Shown here: positions 45,127-54,634 of the stretch, one piece after another
Position numbering within the stretch: the first letter of the stretch is position 1
Layout of the letters: the number at the start of each line of letters is the position of its first letter
Assembly (NCBI GenBank): GCA_963789635.1
Contig: CAWBLF010000003.1
Span: 204,364 to 268,363, forward strand
Direction of reading: 5' to 3'
Origin: an uncultured bacterium
GTDB taxonomy: Bacteria > Patescibacteriota > Minisyncoccia > Phycocordibacterales > Zambryskibacteraceae
DNA: 64,000 bases
Notes under the pieces: model-generated
The model's input: only the letters and a program-made list of their open reading frames with translations
Told to the model about the DNA's origin: nothing
Databases searched by the model: none
Position numbers and translations under genes: made by a program

Positions 45127-45561
45127 ATGGGAAAAAAAAGAATTGTAAAAAATAATGAAGCAGAAGGGAGTGAGTCGGAAGCACCTCAAGCAGTTTCTTC
45201 TGTTTCAAAGAAACACGCTGATAGTGGCATACTTTCTGTTCAGTCTACTTATAACAACACCAAAATTGTGTTGACTGACACAAAAGGCAACACACTTTCA
45301 TGGTCGTCTTCTGGATCACTCGGTTTTAGAGGAGCTAAAAAGGGAACACCATTTGCCGCCGCAAAAGTGGGAGAGATTGTTGGAGCCAAAGCCCAGGCTA
45401 TAGGCATCAAAGAGGTGTCTGTAGTAGTGCGAGGAGTGGGATCGGGTCGTGAGTCAGGGATTCGTGGTTTCCTTTCTAAGGGTATTAATCTTGTTTCAAT
45501 CAAAGATACTACACCGGTGCCGCACAACGGACCAAAACCAAAAAAGCCTCGAAGAGTTTAA
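45127..45561 (+). CDS. rpsK: ribosomal protein S11
   Basis: NNTKIVLTDTKGNTLSWSSSGSLGFRGAKKGTPFAA. Confidence 0.95.
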   Translation: MGKKRIVKNNEAEGSESEAPQAVSSVSKKHADSGILSVQSTYNNTKIVLTDTKGNTLSWSSSGSLGFRGAKKGTPFAAAKVGEIVGAKAQAIGIKEVSVVVRGVGSGRESGIRGFLSKGINLVSIKDTTPVPHNGPKPKKPRRV

Positions 45562-45570
45562 GATACTAAT

Positions 45571-46176
45571 ATGAAAATCGGACCAAAATACAAAATTGCG
45601 CGAAGACTGGGGGCTCCAATATTTGAGAAAACTGAAACTCAGAAATTTGCCCTATCTCAAGCTCGTAAAGAAAAGAGCGGAAAGAATTTTTCTCGCCCAA
45701 AATCCGAATTCGGTTTGCAGTTACTTGAAAGCAGAAAGCCAGGTCTACTTATGCGGTTACAGAAAAGCAATTTTCAAAATACGCCAGAAGCTCTGGCCAA
45801 AAACAGACAAGCATTGTCACGATTGTATTCTTCTCTTGAACTTAGATCCGACAACGTCGCGTATCGAGCAGGATTTGCGCCTACGCGTTTGGCGGCCAGA
45901 CAAATGGTTTCTCACGGCCACCTTTTGGTAAATGGCAAGCGCATAACGATCCCTTCCTATAGACTGAGCGAAGGTGATGTCTTGTCACAACGCGTGGCAA
46001 GCGCCAGTAAACCACTTTTTGCCTCTCTCAATGAGAGGGTGAAGGGTATGAATCATCCGGCTTGGCTTCGTTTTGATAAGGAAAAGAATTCTGCCACCGT
46101 CATAGCTATACCGAAGTATGAACCGTCGGATTCTTTGTTTGATATGAATGCCGTGTTGGAATTTTATAGTCGTTAG
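45571..46176 (+). CDS. rpsD: ribosomal protein S4 (ORF intact, but about 19 codons appear out of frame; see findings)
   Basis: SDNVAYRAGFAPTRLAARQMVSHGHLLVNGKRITIPSY, EFYSR end. The conserved EKQK..Y....EKQF motif is encoded in a different frame at 45729-45785. Confidence 0.9.
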   Translation: MKIGPKYKIARRLGAPIFEKTETQKFALSQARKEKSGKNFSRPKSEFGLQLLESRKPGLLMRLQKSNFQNTPEALAKNRQALSRLYSSLELRSDNVAYRAGFAPTRLAARQMVSHGHLLVNGKRITIPSYRLSEGDVLSQRVASASKPLFASLNERVKGMNHPAWLRFDKEKNSATVIAIPKYEPSDSLFDMNAVLEFYSR

Positions 46177-46226
46177 TAATCATATTTTAATATTTTAATC
46201 TTATTAATTAATTTAACTTAATTTTT

Positions 46227-47191
46227 ATGTCAGACCATTCAATCATTTTGCCATCTAAACCAAAAATTGTTTCAGAGGACAAATTTGTTGGTAGTTATGA
46301 GATAGACGGATTGTATCCGGGATACGGACACACTCTGGGTAATTCGCTTCGCAGAATTATTTTGTCTTCACTTCCCGGGGCAGCCATAACTTCCGTAAAA
46401 ATTGCCGGAGTGGAACATGAGATTTTCTACGATTGCCGGAGTAAAAGAAGATGTCATCACTTTACTTTTGAATTTGAAAAAGATTCGTATCAAGATGCTC
46501 ACAGACGAACCTCAAACTCTGACAATCCACGCAAAAGGTATTGGTGAAGTAACTGCTGGCAATATAGAAGCTGTGGGGCAGATTGAAATTCTCAATCCGG
46601 ATTTGGTTATTGCCCATATCACGGAAAAAAGCACCGATCTTTCAATAGAAATGGTGGTGGAGCGGGGTATGGGATATGTTTCTCGCGCAAGTTTTACAAA
46701 AGAATCGCGTCGATGTGGGAGTTATTTCTTTGGACGCTATTTTTACTCCGATTCGACGCGTCAGTTATGAAGTTGAAAATATGCGTGTGGGTGATCGTAC
46801 CGATTTCAACCGTTTGAAAATATTTATTGAAACCGATGGCACTATAACAGCAAAGGAAGCATTGGAATCTTCGATTGAAATTATGATCAACCAGCTCAAG
46901 GCTATTGTCGGCTTCAAAGAACCTTCGGAAATTGTTGAATCTGCTGATACGAACAAATCGGAAAACAGTTCATCGAAAGCAGAAATTGATTCTGAAGTAT
47001 TAAAGACAAGGATTGAATCGATAAATCTATCGGCCAGAACGGTCAATGCTTTGATAGGTGGCAATATTCGAACAGTCGGAGGCCTTGCTCGCAAAAAGGA
47101 AAGAGACCTTCTTGATATAGATGGTCTGGGGGCAAAAGGTATTCAGGAAATTCGCACTGTTCTTGCCGGATTGGGTATTACTTTGAGATAA
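46227..47191 (+). pseudogene. rpoA: RNA polymerase alpha subunit, split over three frames (two +1 shifts)
   Basis: Frame 1 gives ...[25 protein letters not shown]. Frame 2 gives [19 protein letters not shown]...ERGMGYVSRA. Frame 3 gives VGVISLDAIFTPIRRVSYEVENMRVG...CTD. Confidence 0.85.
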
Positions 47192-47197
47192 ATTAAA

Positions 47198-47600
47198 ATG
47201 AGTTACCACAGAACAAAAAGGGCATTAAGCCGTAAGACAGGACAACGGAAAGCGCTTCTCAAAGCTCTTGCCGTGGCTTTGGTGATGGAGGAAAAGATTC
47301 AGACATCCGAACCAAAAGCCAAAGAATTGCGTCCATTCATCGAACGCTTGATTACTCAAGGTAAAAAAGGTAACGAGCTTGTATGCGTTTTATTGTGTGT
47401 TGTTTGTTTTCTTGATTGGAAAGGGTAACCTAGCTTCGTATCGCACCGTTATAAAATACATTGGTCCGGTAGCCGGAAAGAAGTTGTTTACCGATATTTC
47501 TCCTCGTTACAAGGATAGAAAAGGAGGATACACTCGCATTACAAAACTTATCGCCCGTAAAGGAGATGGAAGCGCCAGGGCATACATTGAGTTGGTTTAA
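47198..47600 (+). pseudogene. rplQ: ribosomal protein L17 interrupted by a 55-bp insertion
   Basis: N-part ...[20 protein letters not shown] and C-part NLASYRTV...[20 protein letters not shown]...YIELV, separated by 47375-47429, which shifts the frame. Confidence 0.8.
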
Positions 47601-47609
47601 TAAACTAAA

Positions 47610-47954
47610 ATGAAATACTCCATTGACGCAAAAGATAAAAAGATTGGACGCTTGGCGAGTGAAATCGCCATTTTGCTGATGGGTAAGAATAGTACAGCTT
47701 TCCAACGCAATATCGCGCCAAAAATTGAGGTCCTAGTCACAAACGCAAATCAAATGAGTATCACAGAAGCAAAAAAGAAATCAAAAGAATACAAACACTA
47801 TTCTGGGTACCCTGGTGGTCTGCGCGAGGAAAAAATGGAGCACGCGCTGACAAAGAAGGGAGCCGGAGAAGTGCTCCGTAAGACCGTATACGGCATGCTT
47901 CCAAAGAATAAACTAAGAAGCATTATGATAAAAAATCTTAAAATAACCAATTAA
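47610..47954 (+). CDS. rplM: ribosomal protein L13
   Basis: IDAKDKKIGRLASEIA..., YKHYSGYPGGLRE. Confidence 0.92.
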   Translation: MKYSIDAKDKKIGRLASEIAILLMGKNSTAFQRNIAPKIEVLVTNANQMSITEAKKKSKEYKHYSGYPGGLREEKMEHALTKKGAGEVLRKTVYGMLPKNKLRSIMIKNLKITN

Positions 47955-47955
47955 C

Positions 47956-48360
47956 ATGGCTGACTCCACTTCTAAATATATAGAAACCGTAGGACGACGC
48001 AAGACATCCATTGCTCGTGTCCGAATGACCGAAGCTCCTAAGAATTCTTTTGTAATTAACGAAAAAGAAATTGAGGTTTATTTTCCGACCGCAGAATTGC
48101 AAAAAGTAGCAAAGGAAGCTCTTGTGATATCAAAATTACCGCAAAAATTCAAAATCACTGTGCATGTAAAAGGGGGAGGAATAAGTTCTCAGGCAGGTGC
48201 GGTGCGTCATGGCATAGCCAGAGCTCTTGTAAAATCAGATGAAAATCTTCGTAAAAATATGAAAGACCCCGGTTTCCTAAAACGAGATCCTCGTTCCAAA
48301 GAGAGACGAAAATTTGGTCTAAAGAAAGCTCGCAAGGCTCCACAGTGGAGTAAGAGGTAG
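47956..48360 (+). CDS. rpsI: ribosomal protein S9
   Basis: GRRKTSIARV..., GGGISSQAGAVRHGIARAL, ...KAPQWSKR end. Confidence 0.95.
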   Translation: MADSTSKYIETVGRRKTSIARVRMTEAPKNSFVINEKEIEVYFPTAELQKVAKEALVISKLPQKFKITVHVKGGGISSQAGAVRHGIARALVKSDENLRKNMKDPGFLKRDPRSKERRKFGLKKARKAPQWSKR

Positions 48361-48366
48361 CAAGCC

Positions 48367-48396
48367 AATCCGCTCCGCATCCGCGGAGCGGATTTT
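48367..48396 (+). terminator. rho-independent terminator after rpsI
   Basis: aatccgctccgc atcc gcggagcggatt, then tt; immediately followed by TGgTATAAT (48396-48404). Confidence 0.7.
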
Positions 48397-48411
48397 GGTA
48401 TAATAAAAAAT

Positions 48412-48999
48412 ATGAAAAAAAACGATGACAATTCCGATGATGTAATTCTGGATACCGATTCAGATCTCGACGATTCGGTCGTCGCAGAAACACATCAAGG
48501 TGATACTATTAAGAAACTTCGGGAGAAGCTAAAGAAGGCGGAAGCCGAAGCCAAGGAATATCTGGACGGTTGGCAAAGAGCAAAGGCCGATTTTATAAAT
48601 ATCCGCAAGCGGGATGAGGAGGCAAAGCAGGAATTTGTGAAATTTTCCAAAGAGGAAATCGTTTCAGATTTAATACCTGTTTTAGACAGCTTTGATCTAG
48701 CTTTTCGCAATAAAGAGGCGTGGCAATCATTACCTAAAGACTGGCGAATGGGGATGGAGTCCATATATAATCAACTTTTATCAGCGCTATCTTCCCACGG
48801 CGTGCAAAAAATGATTCCTGACGGCGAAAAATTCGACCCGAAATTGCATGAAGCTGTAGAAATGGTGCCAGTTTCGGACGAGAACGAAGATGGTAAAATT
48901 TTGGAGGTCATTCAACCGGGTTATTCTCTTGCCGGCAAGGAAGTCAGAGCGCCAAAAGTAAAAGTGGGGACCGTGAATGTTACGAATGAGAACGAATGA
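48412..48999 (+). CDS. grpE: nucleotide exchange factor GrpE
   Basis: Coiled-coil N-terminus, RA.ADF.N.RKR pattern (RAKADFINIRKR), C-terminal beta domain; precedes dnaK. Confidence 0.9.
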   Translation: MKKNDDNSDDVILDTDSDLDDSVVAETHQGDTIKKLREKLKKAEAEAKEYLDGWQRAKADFINIRKRDEEAKQEFVKFSKEEIVSDLIPVLDSFDLAFRNKEAWQSLPKDWRMGMESIYNQLLSALSSHGVQKMIPDGEKFDPKLHEAVEMVPVSDENEDGKILEVIQPGYSLAGKEVRAPKVKVGTVNVTNENE

Positions 49000-49061
49000 T
49001 GTGAATTGATTCAGACATCCGATGTCATGATGCATTTGGACATCGGATGTTTGAAAAATGT

Positions 49062-49090
49062 TTGACAAAGGGAGTTAATTTAGCTAAAAT
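49062..49090 (+). promoter_or_regulatory. sigma70-type promoter upstream of dnaK
   Basis: TTGACA 49062-49067, 17-nt spacer, TAAAAT 49085-49090. Confidence 0.5.
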
Positions 49091-49144
49091 GCCGACAAGT
49101 TTGTGTAGAAACCTTGTAATTTAACAGCTAATTTTCAAAAAACC

Positions 49145-51028
49145 ATGTCTAAAATCATTGGAATCGATCTTGGAACTACCAATTCAGCAGTCGCAATCAT
49201 GGAATTGGGAAATCCGAAAATAATTGAAAATGCGGAAGGCGCCAGAACCACTCCTTCTATAGTGGCCATCTCCAAAACTGGCGAGCGAATCGTGGGGATG
49301 CTTGCCAAACGCCAAGCAGTTACCAATCCCAAGAACACTGTCTTTGGGATTAAACGCTTTATTGGCCACACTTTTGATGACCCGGCCGTTCAGAAGGATA
49401 AGGCTGCGGTGCCATACGAAGTTACTGCCGGCAGTAATGGTGGTGTAGAGGTAACTTTGGACGGGAAAAAGTATCGTCCGGAAGAAATTTCCGCGATGAT
49501 TTTGCAAAAATTGAAAAATGATGCGGAAGCGAAGCTCGGTGAGAAAATTACAGAAGCTATCGTGACTGTACCGGCTTACTTCAACGATGCACAGCGTCAG
49601 GCGACAAAAGATGCTGGCAAAATTGCCGGTCTTGATGTAAAACGCATCATCAACGAACCTACTGCCGCAGCCTTGGCGTACGGTTTCAATAAAAAGAAAA
49701 ACGAAAAAATCGCAGTATACGATTTTGGCGGAGGAACGTTTGATATTTCCATACTTGAAGTGGGAGATGATGTTGTGGAAGTGAAATCGACCGACGGTGA
49801 CAGTCACTTGGGCGGAAAAGATATTGATCAGAAAATCATCACATGGCTTGCCGATGAATTTAAAAAAGAGTCGGGAATTGATGTTCGCAAGGACCCACTG
49901 GCTCTCCAACGGCTAGATGAGGCTGCTGAAAAGGCCAAAATCGAGCTTTCTACGGCTTTGGAGACGGAAGTGAACATTCCTTTCATTACCTCGGATTCCA
50001 GTGGTCCGAAGCATTTTCTCATCAAAATGAGCCGTGCCAAACTTGAGGAATTATGTAAAGAATTTATTGACCGCTCCATAGAAATTACCACCCGCGCTAT
50101 AGCGGCTTCGCCCTTCAAGGTGAATGAAATTGATGAAGTTGTTCTCGTCGGCGGTCAGACACGAATGCCTGCTATTGAGCTGGCAGTAAAAAATCTCTTT
50201 GGTAAAGAACCAAACAAAACTATTAATCCCGATGAAGTGGTTGCACTTGGTGCTGCGTTACAAGGAGGAATTATCGCAGGGGACGTCAAAGATATCCTTC
50301 TGCTTGATGTTATTCCCCTTTCTCTTGGTATTGAAACTCTTGGTGGTGTGGCTACGAAGCTGATCGAGAAAAATACCACTATTCCGGCATCAAAATCCCA
50401 AGTGTTTTCTACCGCCGCTGACAATCAAACTTCGGTGGAAATAAAAATTGTTCAAGGTGAGCGACCAATGGCAAGTGACAATAAAAATCTCGGTACATTT
50501 ATTCTTGATGGAATTCCACCGGCCCCACGCGGTATGCCACAAGTTGAAGTAACATTCGATATTGATGCAAACGGCATACTCAATGTCAAAGCCAAAGACA
50601 AATCAAGTGGCAAAGAACAATCAATTCGTATTGAAGCCCGTTCAGGTCTTACTCCGGCTGATATTGAAAGAATGCAAAAGGAAGCTGAGCTTCACGGTGA
50701 TGAGGACAGGAAAAAGAAAGAAACTGCTGAGGCGAGAAATCTTGCCGAGCAATTGGTTTACACAGCGGAAAAAGCTCTTAAGGATGCCGAAGGAAAAATT
50801 CCGGCAGATTTGGCGCAAAGTGTTCAGGTTAAAATAGACGCTCTGAAGAAAGAGAATGCTGGAGGCACCGCAGATTCAATCAAAAAGGCGACAGAAGAAC
50901 TTTCAACCGAAATCCAGAAGATAGGAACGGCAATGCAAAGCAACACGCCACCACAAGGAGGCAGTACTCAGCCCGAAGCGCCAAAGGATGCAAATTTTGA
51001 AGAGAAAAAAGACGAAGGTACGGTATAA
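49145..51028 (+). CDS. dnaK: chaperone DnaK (Hsp70)
   Basis: [19 protein letters not shown], full-length 627 aa. Confidence 0.97.
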   Translation: MSKIIGIDLGTTNSAVAIMELGNPKIIENAEGARTTPSIVAISKTGERIVGMLAKRQAVTNPKNTVFGIKRFIGHTFDDPAVQKDKAAVPYEVTAGSNGGVEVTLDGKKYRPEEISAMILQKLKNDAEAKLGEKITEAIVTVPAYFNDAQRQATKDAGKIAGLDVKRIINEPTAAALAYGFNKKKNEKIAVYDFGGGTFDISILEVGDDVVEVKSTDGDSHLGGKDIDQKIITWLADEFKKESGIDVRKDPLALQRLDEAAEKAKIELSTALETEVNIPFITSDSSGPKHFLIKMSRAKLEELCKEFIDRSIEITTRAIAASPFKVNEIDEVVLVGGQTRMPAIELAVKNLFGKEPNKTINPDEVVALGAALQGGIIAGDVKDILLLDVIPLSLGIETLGGVATKLIEKNTTIPASKSQVFSTAADNQTSVEIKIVQGERPMASDNKNLGTFILDGIPPAPRGMPQVEVTFDIDANGILNVKAKDKSSGKEQSIRIEARSGLTPADIERMQKEAELHGDEDRKKKETAEARNLAEQLVYTAEKALKDAEGKIPADLAQSVQVKIDALKKENAGGTADSIKKATEELSTEIQKIGTAMQSNTPPQGGSTQPEAPKDANFEEKKDEGTV

Positions 51029-51123
51029 GATTTGGGCGAGGCATTTAGAGGTTTAGCCTTGGTGAATCTTCTTAATGCTGATACCTCAAAGACCCTGCCC
51101 GCCCAAAACTTACAATAATTAAT

Positions 51124-52197
51124 ATGTCCAAAGACTACTATCAAATTTTAGGTGTGCAAAAAAATGCGTCAAAGGAAGAAATCAAAAAAGCCTTTCGTAA
51201 ACTTGCGCATGAATATCATCCGGACAAAAAATCTGGAAATGAAGCAAAGTTTAAAGAAGTAAACGAAGCCTATTCTGTTTTGTCGGATGATCAAAAACGT
51301 TCCCAATACGACACCTTTGGTAATTCGCAATTTGGCGGTACCGGTGGACAAGGTTTTGGTAACGGTTTTGGGGGCTTTGATTTCAGCGGTTTTCAGCAAG
51401 GCGCAAACGGCGGGGTCGAGTTTGATTTGGGAGACATATTTGGAGACATTTTTGGAGGAGGTAGACAACAGGCTCGTCGCGGAAGAGATATTTCGATAGA
51501 TATTACGCTATCATTTCAAGAGGCGGTGTTTGGTGTGGAAAGAACAATAATGCTCAATAAGGTTTCGCAATGTGAGACTTGCCACGGTACGGGTGCTAAA
51601 AAGGGAAGTGAGATGATGACGTGTCAGGTTTGCAATGGTAAAGGGAAAATTAACGAGGTCAGACGTTCAATCATCGGATCATTTTCTTCGGTGCGAACTT
51701 GTGATACTTGCCATGGTACTGGGAAGGTTCCCAAAGAAAAATGTGAAGTATGCAGAGGGGCGGGAGTGTTGAAGCGTGACCAAGATATTAAAGTATCCAT
51801 ACCGGCAGGAATTGACGATGGTGAAATGGTGAGACTTCATGGTATGGGCGAGGCGGTAACCGGTGCGCAATCCGGAGATCTATATATCAAGGTTCACGTT
51901 GAACGCCATTCCGTTTTTATAAAGGAAGGTAATAATTTGTTGATGGATTTACACATAAAACTTTCAGATGCGTTGCTTGGCACAAAAATTGACATAAAAA
52001 CACTTGACGGATCTATCACTCTTTCTATTCCCGAGGGAATAAACTTTTTTGAAGTATTAAGAGTCAAGGGTAAGGGTGTGCCAATAAACACAAGTCGTCG
52101 TGGAGATTTGCTTGTAAAAGTTATTATTGATATGCCGAATAAATTATCACGAGATGTGAAGAAGTCGTTCGAAGAATTGAGAGAAAAGGGTATTTAA
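51124..52197 (+). CDS. dnaJ: co-chaperone DnaJ
   Basis: J-domain HPD, G/F-rich linker, four CxxCxGxG zinc repeats. Confidence 0.95.
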   Translation: MSKDYYQILGVQKNASKEEIKKAFRKLAHEYHPDKKSGNEAKFKEVNEAYSVLSDDQKRSQYDTFGNSQFGGTGGQGFGNGFGGFDFSGFQQGANGGVEFDLGDIFGDIFGGGRQQARRGRDISIDITLSFQEAVFGVERTIMLNKVSQCETCHGTGAKKGSEMMTCQVCNGKGKINEVRRSIIGSFSSVRTCDTCHGTGKVPKEKCEVCRGAGVLKRDQDIKVSIPAGIDDGEMVRLHGMGEAVTGAQSGDLYIKVHVERHSVFIKEGNNLLMDLHIKLSDALLGTKIDIKTLDGSITLSIPEGINFFEVLRVKGKGVPINTSRRGDLLVKVIIDMPNKLSRDVKKSFEELREKGI

Positions 52198-52296
52198 GTT
52201 CATTTGACACGATAAGTTTATGAGTGTAGCCTTTTAGACAGAAAGATTTGTCATTTTGGCCTCTTTTTTGTACCTTTAAACAAGGAGGTGATAAGG

Positions 52297-52455
52297 GTGG
52301 GCGAACACAACTTTGACAAGCCAGACGCTGCCAAGGAAACTGACACGTCTACGAGCAAGGTGAGTGAAGCGTGGCATGATGCACGAGAAGCCGCGCAGAA
52401 GTCCGGTGAACTTCCTGAAAGGGAAGCGAGCAAAGAATCAAAGAAAGGTAAGTAG
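52297..52455 (+). CDS. 52-aa hydrophilic small protein (GTG start; not in ORF track)
   Basis: AAGGAGGTGA 5 nt upstream of the GTG; terminator follows; preferred over the antisense track ORF 52251-52502. Confidence 0.45.
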   Translation: MGEHNFDKPDAAKETDTSTSKVSEAWHDAREAAQKSGELPEREASKESKKGK

Positions 52456-52465
52456 CAGTTGATTA

Positions 52466-52499
52466 AAGAGTGAAGTTGAATCTGACTCCACTCTTTTTT
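52466..52499 (+). terminator. rho-independent terminator
   Basis: aagagtg ... cactctt followed by a T-run. Confidence 0.6.
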
Positions 52500-52516
52500 C
52501 ATGATAAAATTATAAT

Positions 52517-52774
52517 ATGAAGAAAAATAATAAGATCGTTATTCATAGCATTTTATGGCAAGATGCGGCTTTTTCAATGGCAACAAAGTTACCAATTGGT
52601 CACCCTTTGCCAACACTGACAGTAGGCTATATTTATTCTAAAAACAGAAAATTTACAAATATTTCCACAAGTTTTTCATATAAAAATGAAGTGATTATAC
52701 CTAAGGATGGTTTTCTAATTCCCAATAAATCTATTATTAAAATTAGTAAAATTGGTAAACATGAAAAAAAATAA
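52517..52774 (+). CDS. small hypothetical protein, paralogue 1
   Basis: 85 aa; shares the I..I.W.DA...........P...P..T.G pattern with the next ORF. Confidence 0.5.
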   Translation: MKKNNKIVIHSILWQDAAFSMATKLPIGHPLPTLTVGYIYSKNRKFTNISTSFSYKNEVIIPKDGFLIPNKSIIKISKIGKHEKK

Positions 52775-53009
52775 AAAAACAATTGAAGTTTTTTGGACTG
52801 ATGCGGTTATATATAAAGCAAACTCAACGATTCCTACGAATTTGCCAATAGTGCAAACAATTGGTGAAAAAATTGAAAAAACAAAGAATTATGTTTTGTT
52901 AAAAAACACAAAAAGCCATCTTACCTCAAGAAAGAGCAAACTTCCAAAAGATAAAGCAAGGTTTTACTTTATTCCGATTGGAATGATAGAAAAAATCAGG
53001 AATTTATAA
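52761..53009 (+). CDS. small hypothetical protein, paralogue 2
   Basis: MKKNKKTIEVFWTDAV...; overlaps paralogue 1 end (track start 52752). Confidence 0.5.
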   Translation: MKKNKKTIEVFWTDAVIYKANSTIPTNLPIVQTIGEKIEKTKNYVLLKNTKSHLTSRKSKLPKDKARFYFIPIGMIEKIRNL

Positions 53010-53054
53010 TTTGTGTATAAAGAGCTAGGGATGTAGTGGTATAATATCAGGGTT

Positions 53055-53555
53055 ATGCAGATACCACAGGAGGTTCTCAAATCATTACTTTCGGCATCAT
53101 CAGATACGATTATAATAGCAGTCCTTATTGGTCTAGGTTTTGCATTTAGTTTTTTTCTCGGCAAGAGACGCGCAATTGCCTTCATACTTTCCTTCTACCC
53201 GAGCATTTTTATATATAAATATTTGCCATTTTTAAGGATGTTTGTCATCAGTAATCCGGTAAATCAAAATCAAGCAGTGATTCCTGTGGTATTGTTTGCG
53301 GGTATATTTTTGCTAATAAATATGGTCATTTATTCTTTTATTTCCGCTGATTTTTCATTTTCTAAGTCAGGCAAACTCATCGAATCACTTGTTTTTGGAA
53401 CAGTCATCGCAAGTTTAGTTTTGTTGTTTTCATATCAAGTCATTAATATGAGTGTTTTCCATCATTTTTCCTCGACCATTAATTTCCTTTTTTCTGATGC
53501 GAATTTTGCATGGTGGCTCATTATTCCATTTCCAGTAATGTACTATTTCAGGTAG
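53055..53555 (+). CDS. hypothetical polytopic membrane protein
   Basis: 166 aa, 4-5 hydrophobic helices. Confidence 0.5.
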   Translation: MQIPQEVLKSLLSASSDTIIIAVLIGLGFAFSFFLGKRRAIAFILSFYPSIFIYKYLPFLRMFVISNPVNQNQAVIPVVLFAGIFLLINMVIYSFISADFSFSKSGKLIESLVFGTVIASLVLLFSYQVINMSVFHHFSSTINFLFSDANFAWWLIIPFPVMYYFR

Positions 53556-53658
53556 ATGTTTATTGAGTCTTTTGAGGCAAATGTTGCTTTGTTGGCCAAA
53601 CTAATTAGTCCCAATTTTGGCTATATTATGCAATATTTTCTGTGCTAAGATAATACTA

Positions 53659-54627
53659 ATGAACAAAGATCGTGTTGTAAAAATATTGGAATTGGCGGTA
53701 AGGGCACCATCCACTCACAATAGTCAACCATGGCTTTTTAAGATCACTGGTAATAGAGTTGAAGTTTTTTTTAACCCAAAATATTTTTTACCATTTGCCG
53801 ACAAAGAAACCCGCGATTTGCATATTAGCATTGGATGCATGCTTGAAAATTTTGTGATTGCGGCTTCAGCCGATAACCTAAAAAGCGTAATTTCGTACGG
53901 ACCGTTTGAAAACAAGACAAAACTTGCAGAAATTATCCTCGAAGAAGCGAGAAATGAACAAACGGAATTATCGGAAAGATTGTTAAAAACAATACCAAAC
54001 CGTGTAAATGCTCGGGGTATTTTTGTTGATGAAAAAATACCTGAAGATGTTTTTAATAAAATTAATTCACTGAATACTAATAATGATCTCGTTATTAGTT
54101 TTTTGAACAAAAAAGAGGATGTCAACAAAATTGCTCAAATCACGGCTTCATCAATTGTGGATGCCTACAGTGAAAAAGGTTTTAGAAAAGAAATGTCTCA
54201 TTGGATGAATAGCAACCTTTCTACTAAAAAAGAAGGTCTTCCCGGTTACTCACTTAAAATGCCTCTTGTTGTGTCCATAGTAATCCCTTTGTTAATCAGA
54301 TATTTTAATCTGGGTAAATTTTTGGCCAAATTGAATATAAAAAGCATCAGTTCAGCTCCACTTATTGTTGTAATCTCAGGTAACGACGGAATTGTTTCCT
54401 GGATGGAAGTTGGCAAGCTTGCTGAGAGAATTATGCTTTACTTGCAATCGTTGGGTTTTCAGACATCCATATACGTCGGATCCATTGAAATAAATGATAA
54501 ATATTTGGAAGTAAAAAAAATTATAAGCACAAAAGACAGACCCCAATTCATTTTTGCTGTTGGGCATATTTTAGGCAAACATAAGATTACCCCAAGGCAT
54601 AGTGTTGAGGATAAAATAATCACATAA
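53659..54627 (+). CDS. two-lobed nitroreductase-family FMN oxidoreductase (Acg / Rv1355c C-terminal-like)
   Basis: ILELAVRAPSTHNSQPWLFKI..., DLHISIGCMLEN; start at the ATG at 53659 (track TTG 53617). Confidence 0.6.
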   Translation: MNKDRVVKILELAVRAPSTHNSQPWLFKITGNRVEVFFNPKYFLPFADKETRDLHISIGCMLENFVIAASADNLKSVISYGPFENKTKLAEIILEEARNEQTELSERLLKTIPNRVNARGIFVDEKIPEDVFNKINSLNTNNDLVISFLNKKEDVNKIAQITASSIVDAYSEKGFRKEMSHWMNSNLSTKKEGLPGYSLKMPLVVSIVIPLLIRYFNLGKFLAKLNIKSISSAPLIVVISGNDGIVSWMEVGKLAERIMLYLQSLGFQTSIYVGSIEINDKYLEVKKIISTKDRPQFIFAVGHILGKHKITPRHSVEDKIIT

Positions 54628-54634
54628 TAAATTT

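Noticed and set aside
45596-45931. 111-aa alternative-frame ORF inside rpsD as an independent overlapping gene
   Set aside because: It is not the frame that carries the displaced S4 motif (that frame is closed by a TGA at 45726-45728 and again at 45837-45839). Its peptide has no recognisable motif and no start context. It looks like a chance open frame in this region.
48361-49144. CIRCE/HrcA operator upstream of grpE or dnaK, and T-box leaders upstream of aaRS genes
   Set aside because: No TTAGCACTC-N9-GAGTGCTAA-like inverted repeat was seen. The aaRS upstream regions are too short (mostly under 100 nt) and lack T-box features.
49184-49909. 241-aa minus-strand ORF inside dnaK
   Set aside because: It is the antisense shadow of a highly conserved Hsp70 region.
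52251-52502. 83-aa minus-strand ORF after dnaJ
   Set aside because: The plus strand has AAGGAGGTGA, then a GTG ORF (52297-52455), then a correctly oriented terminator. The minus ORF has no such signals.
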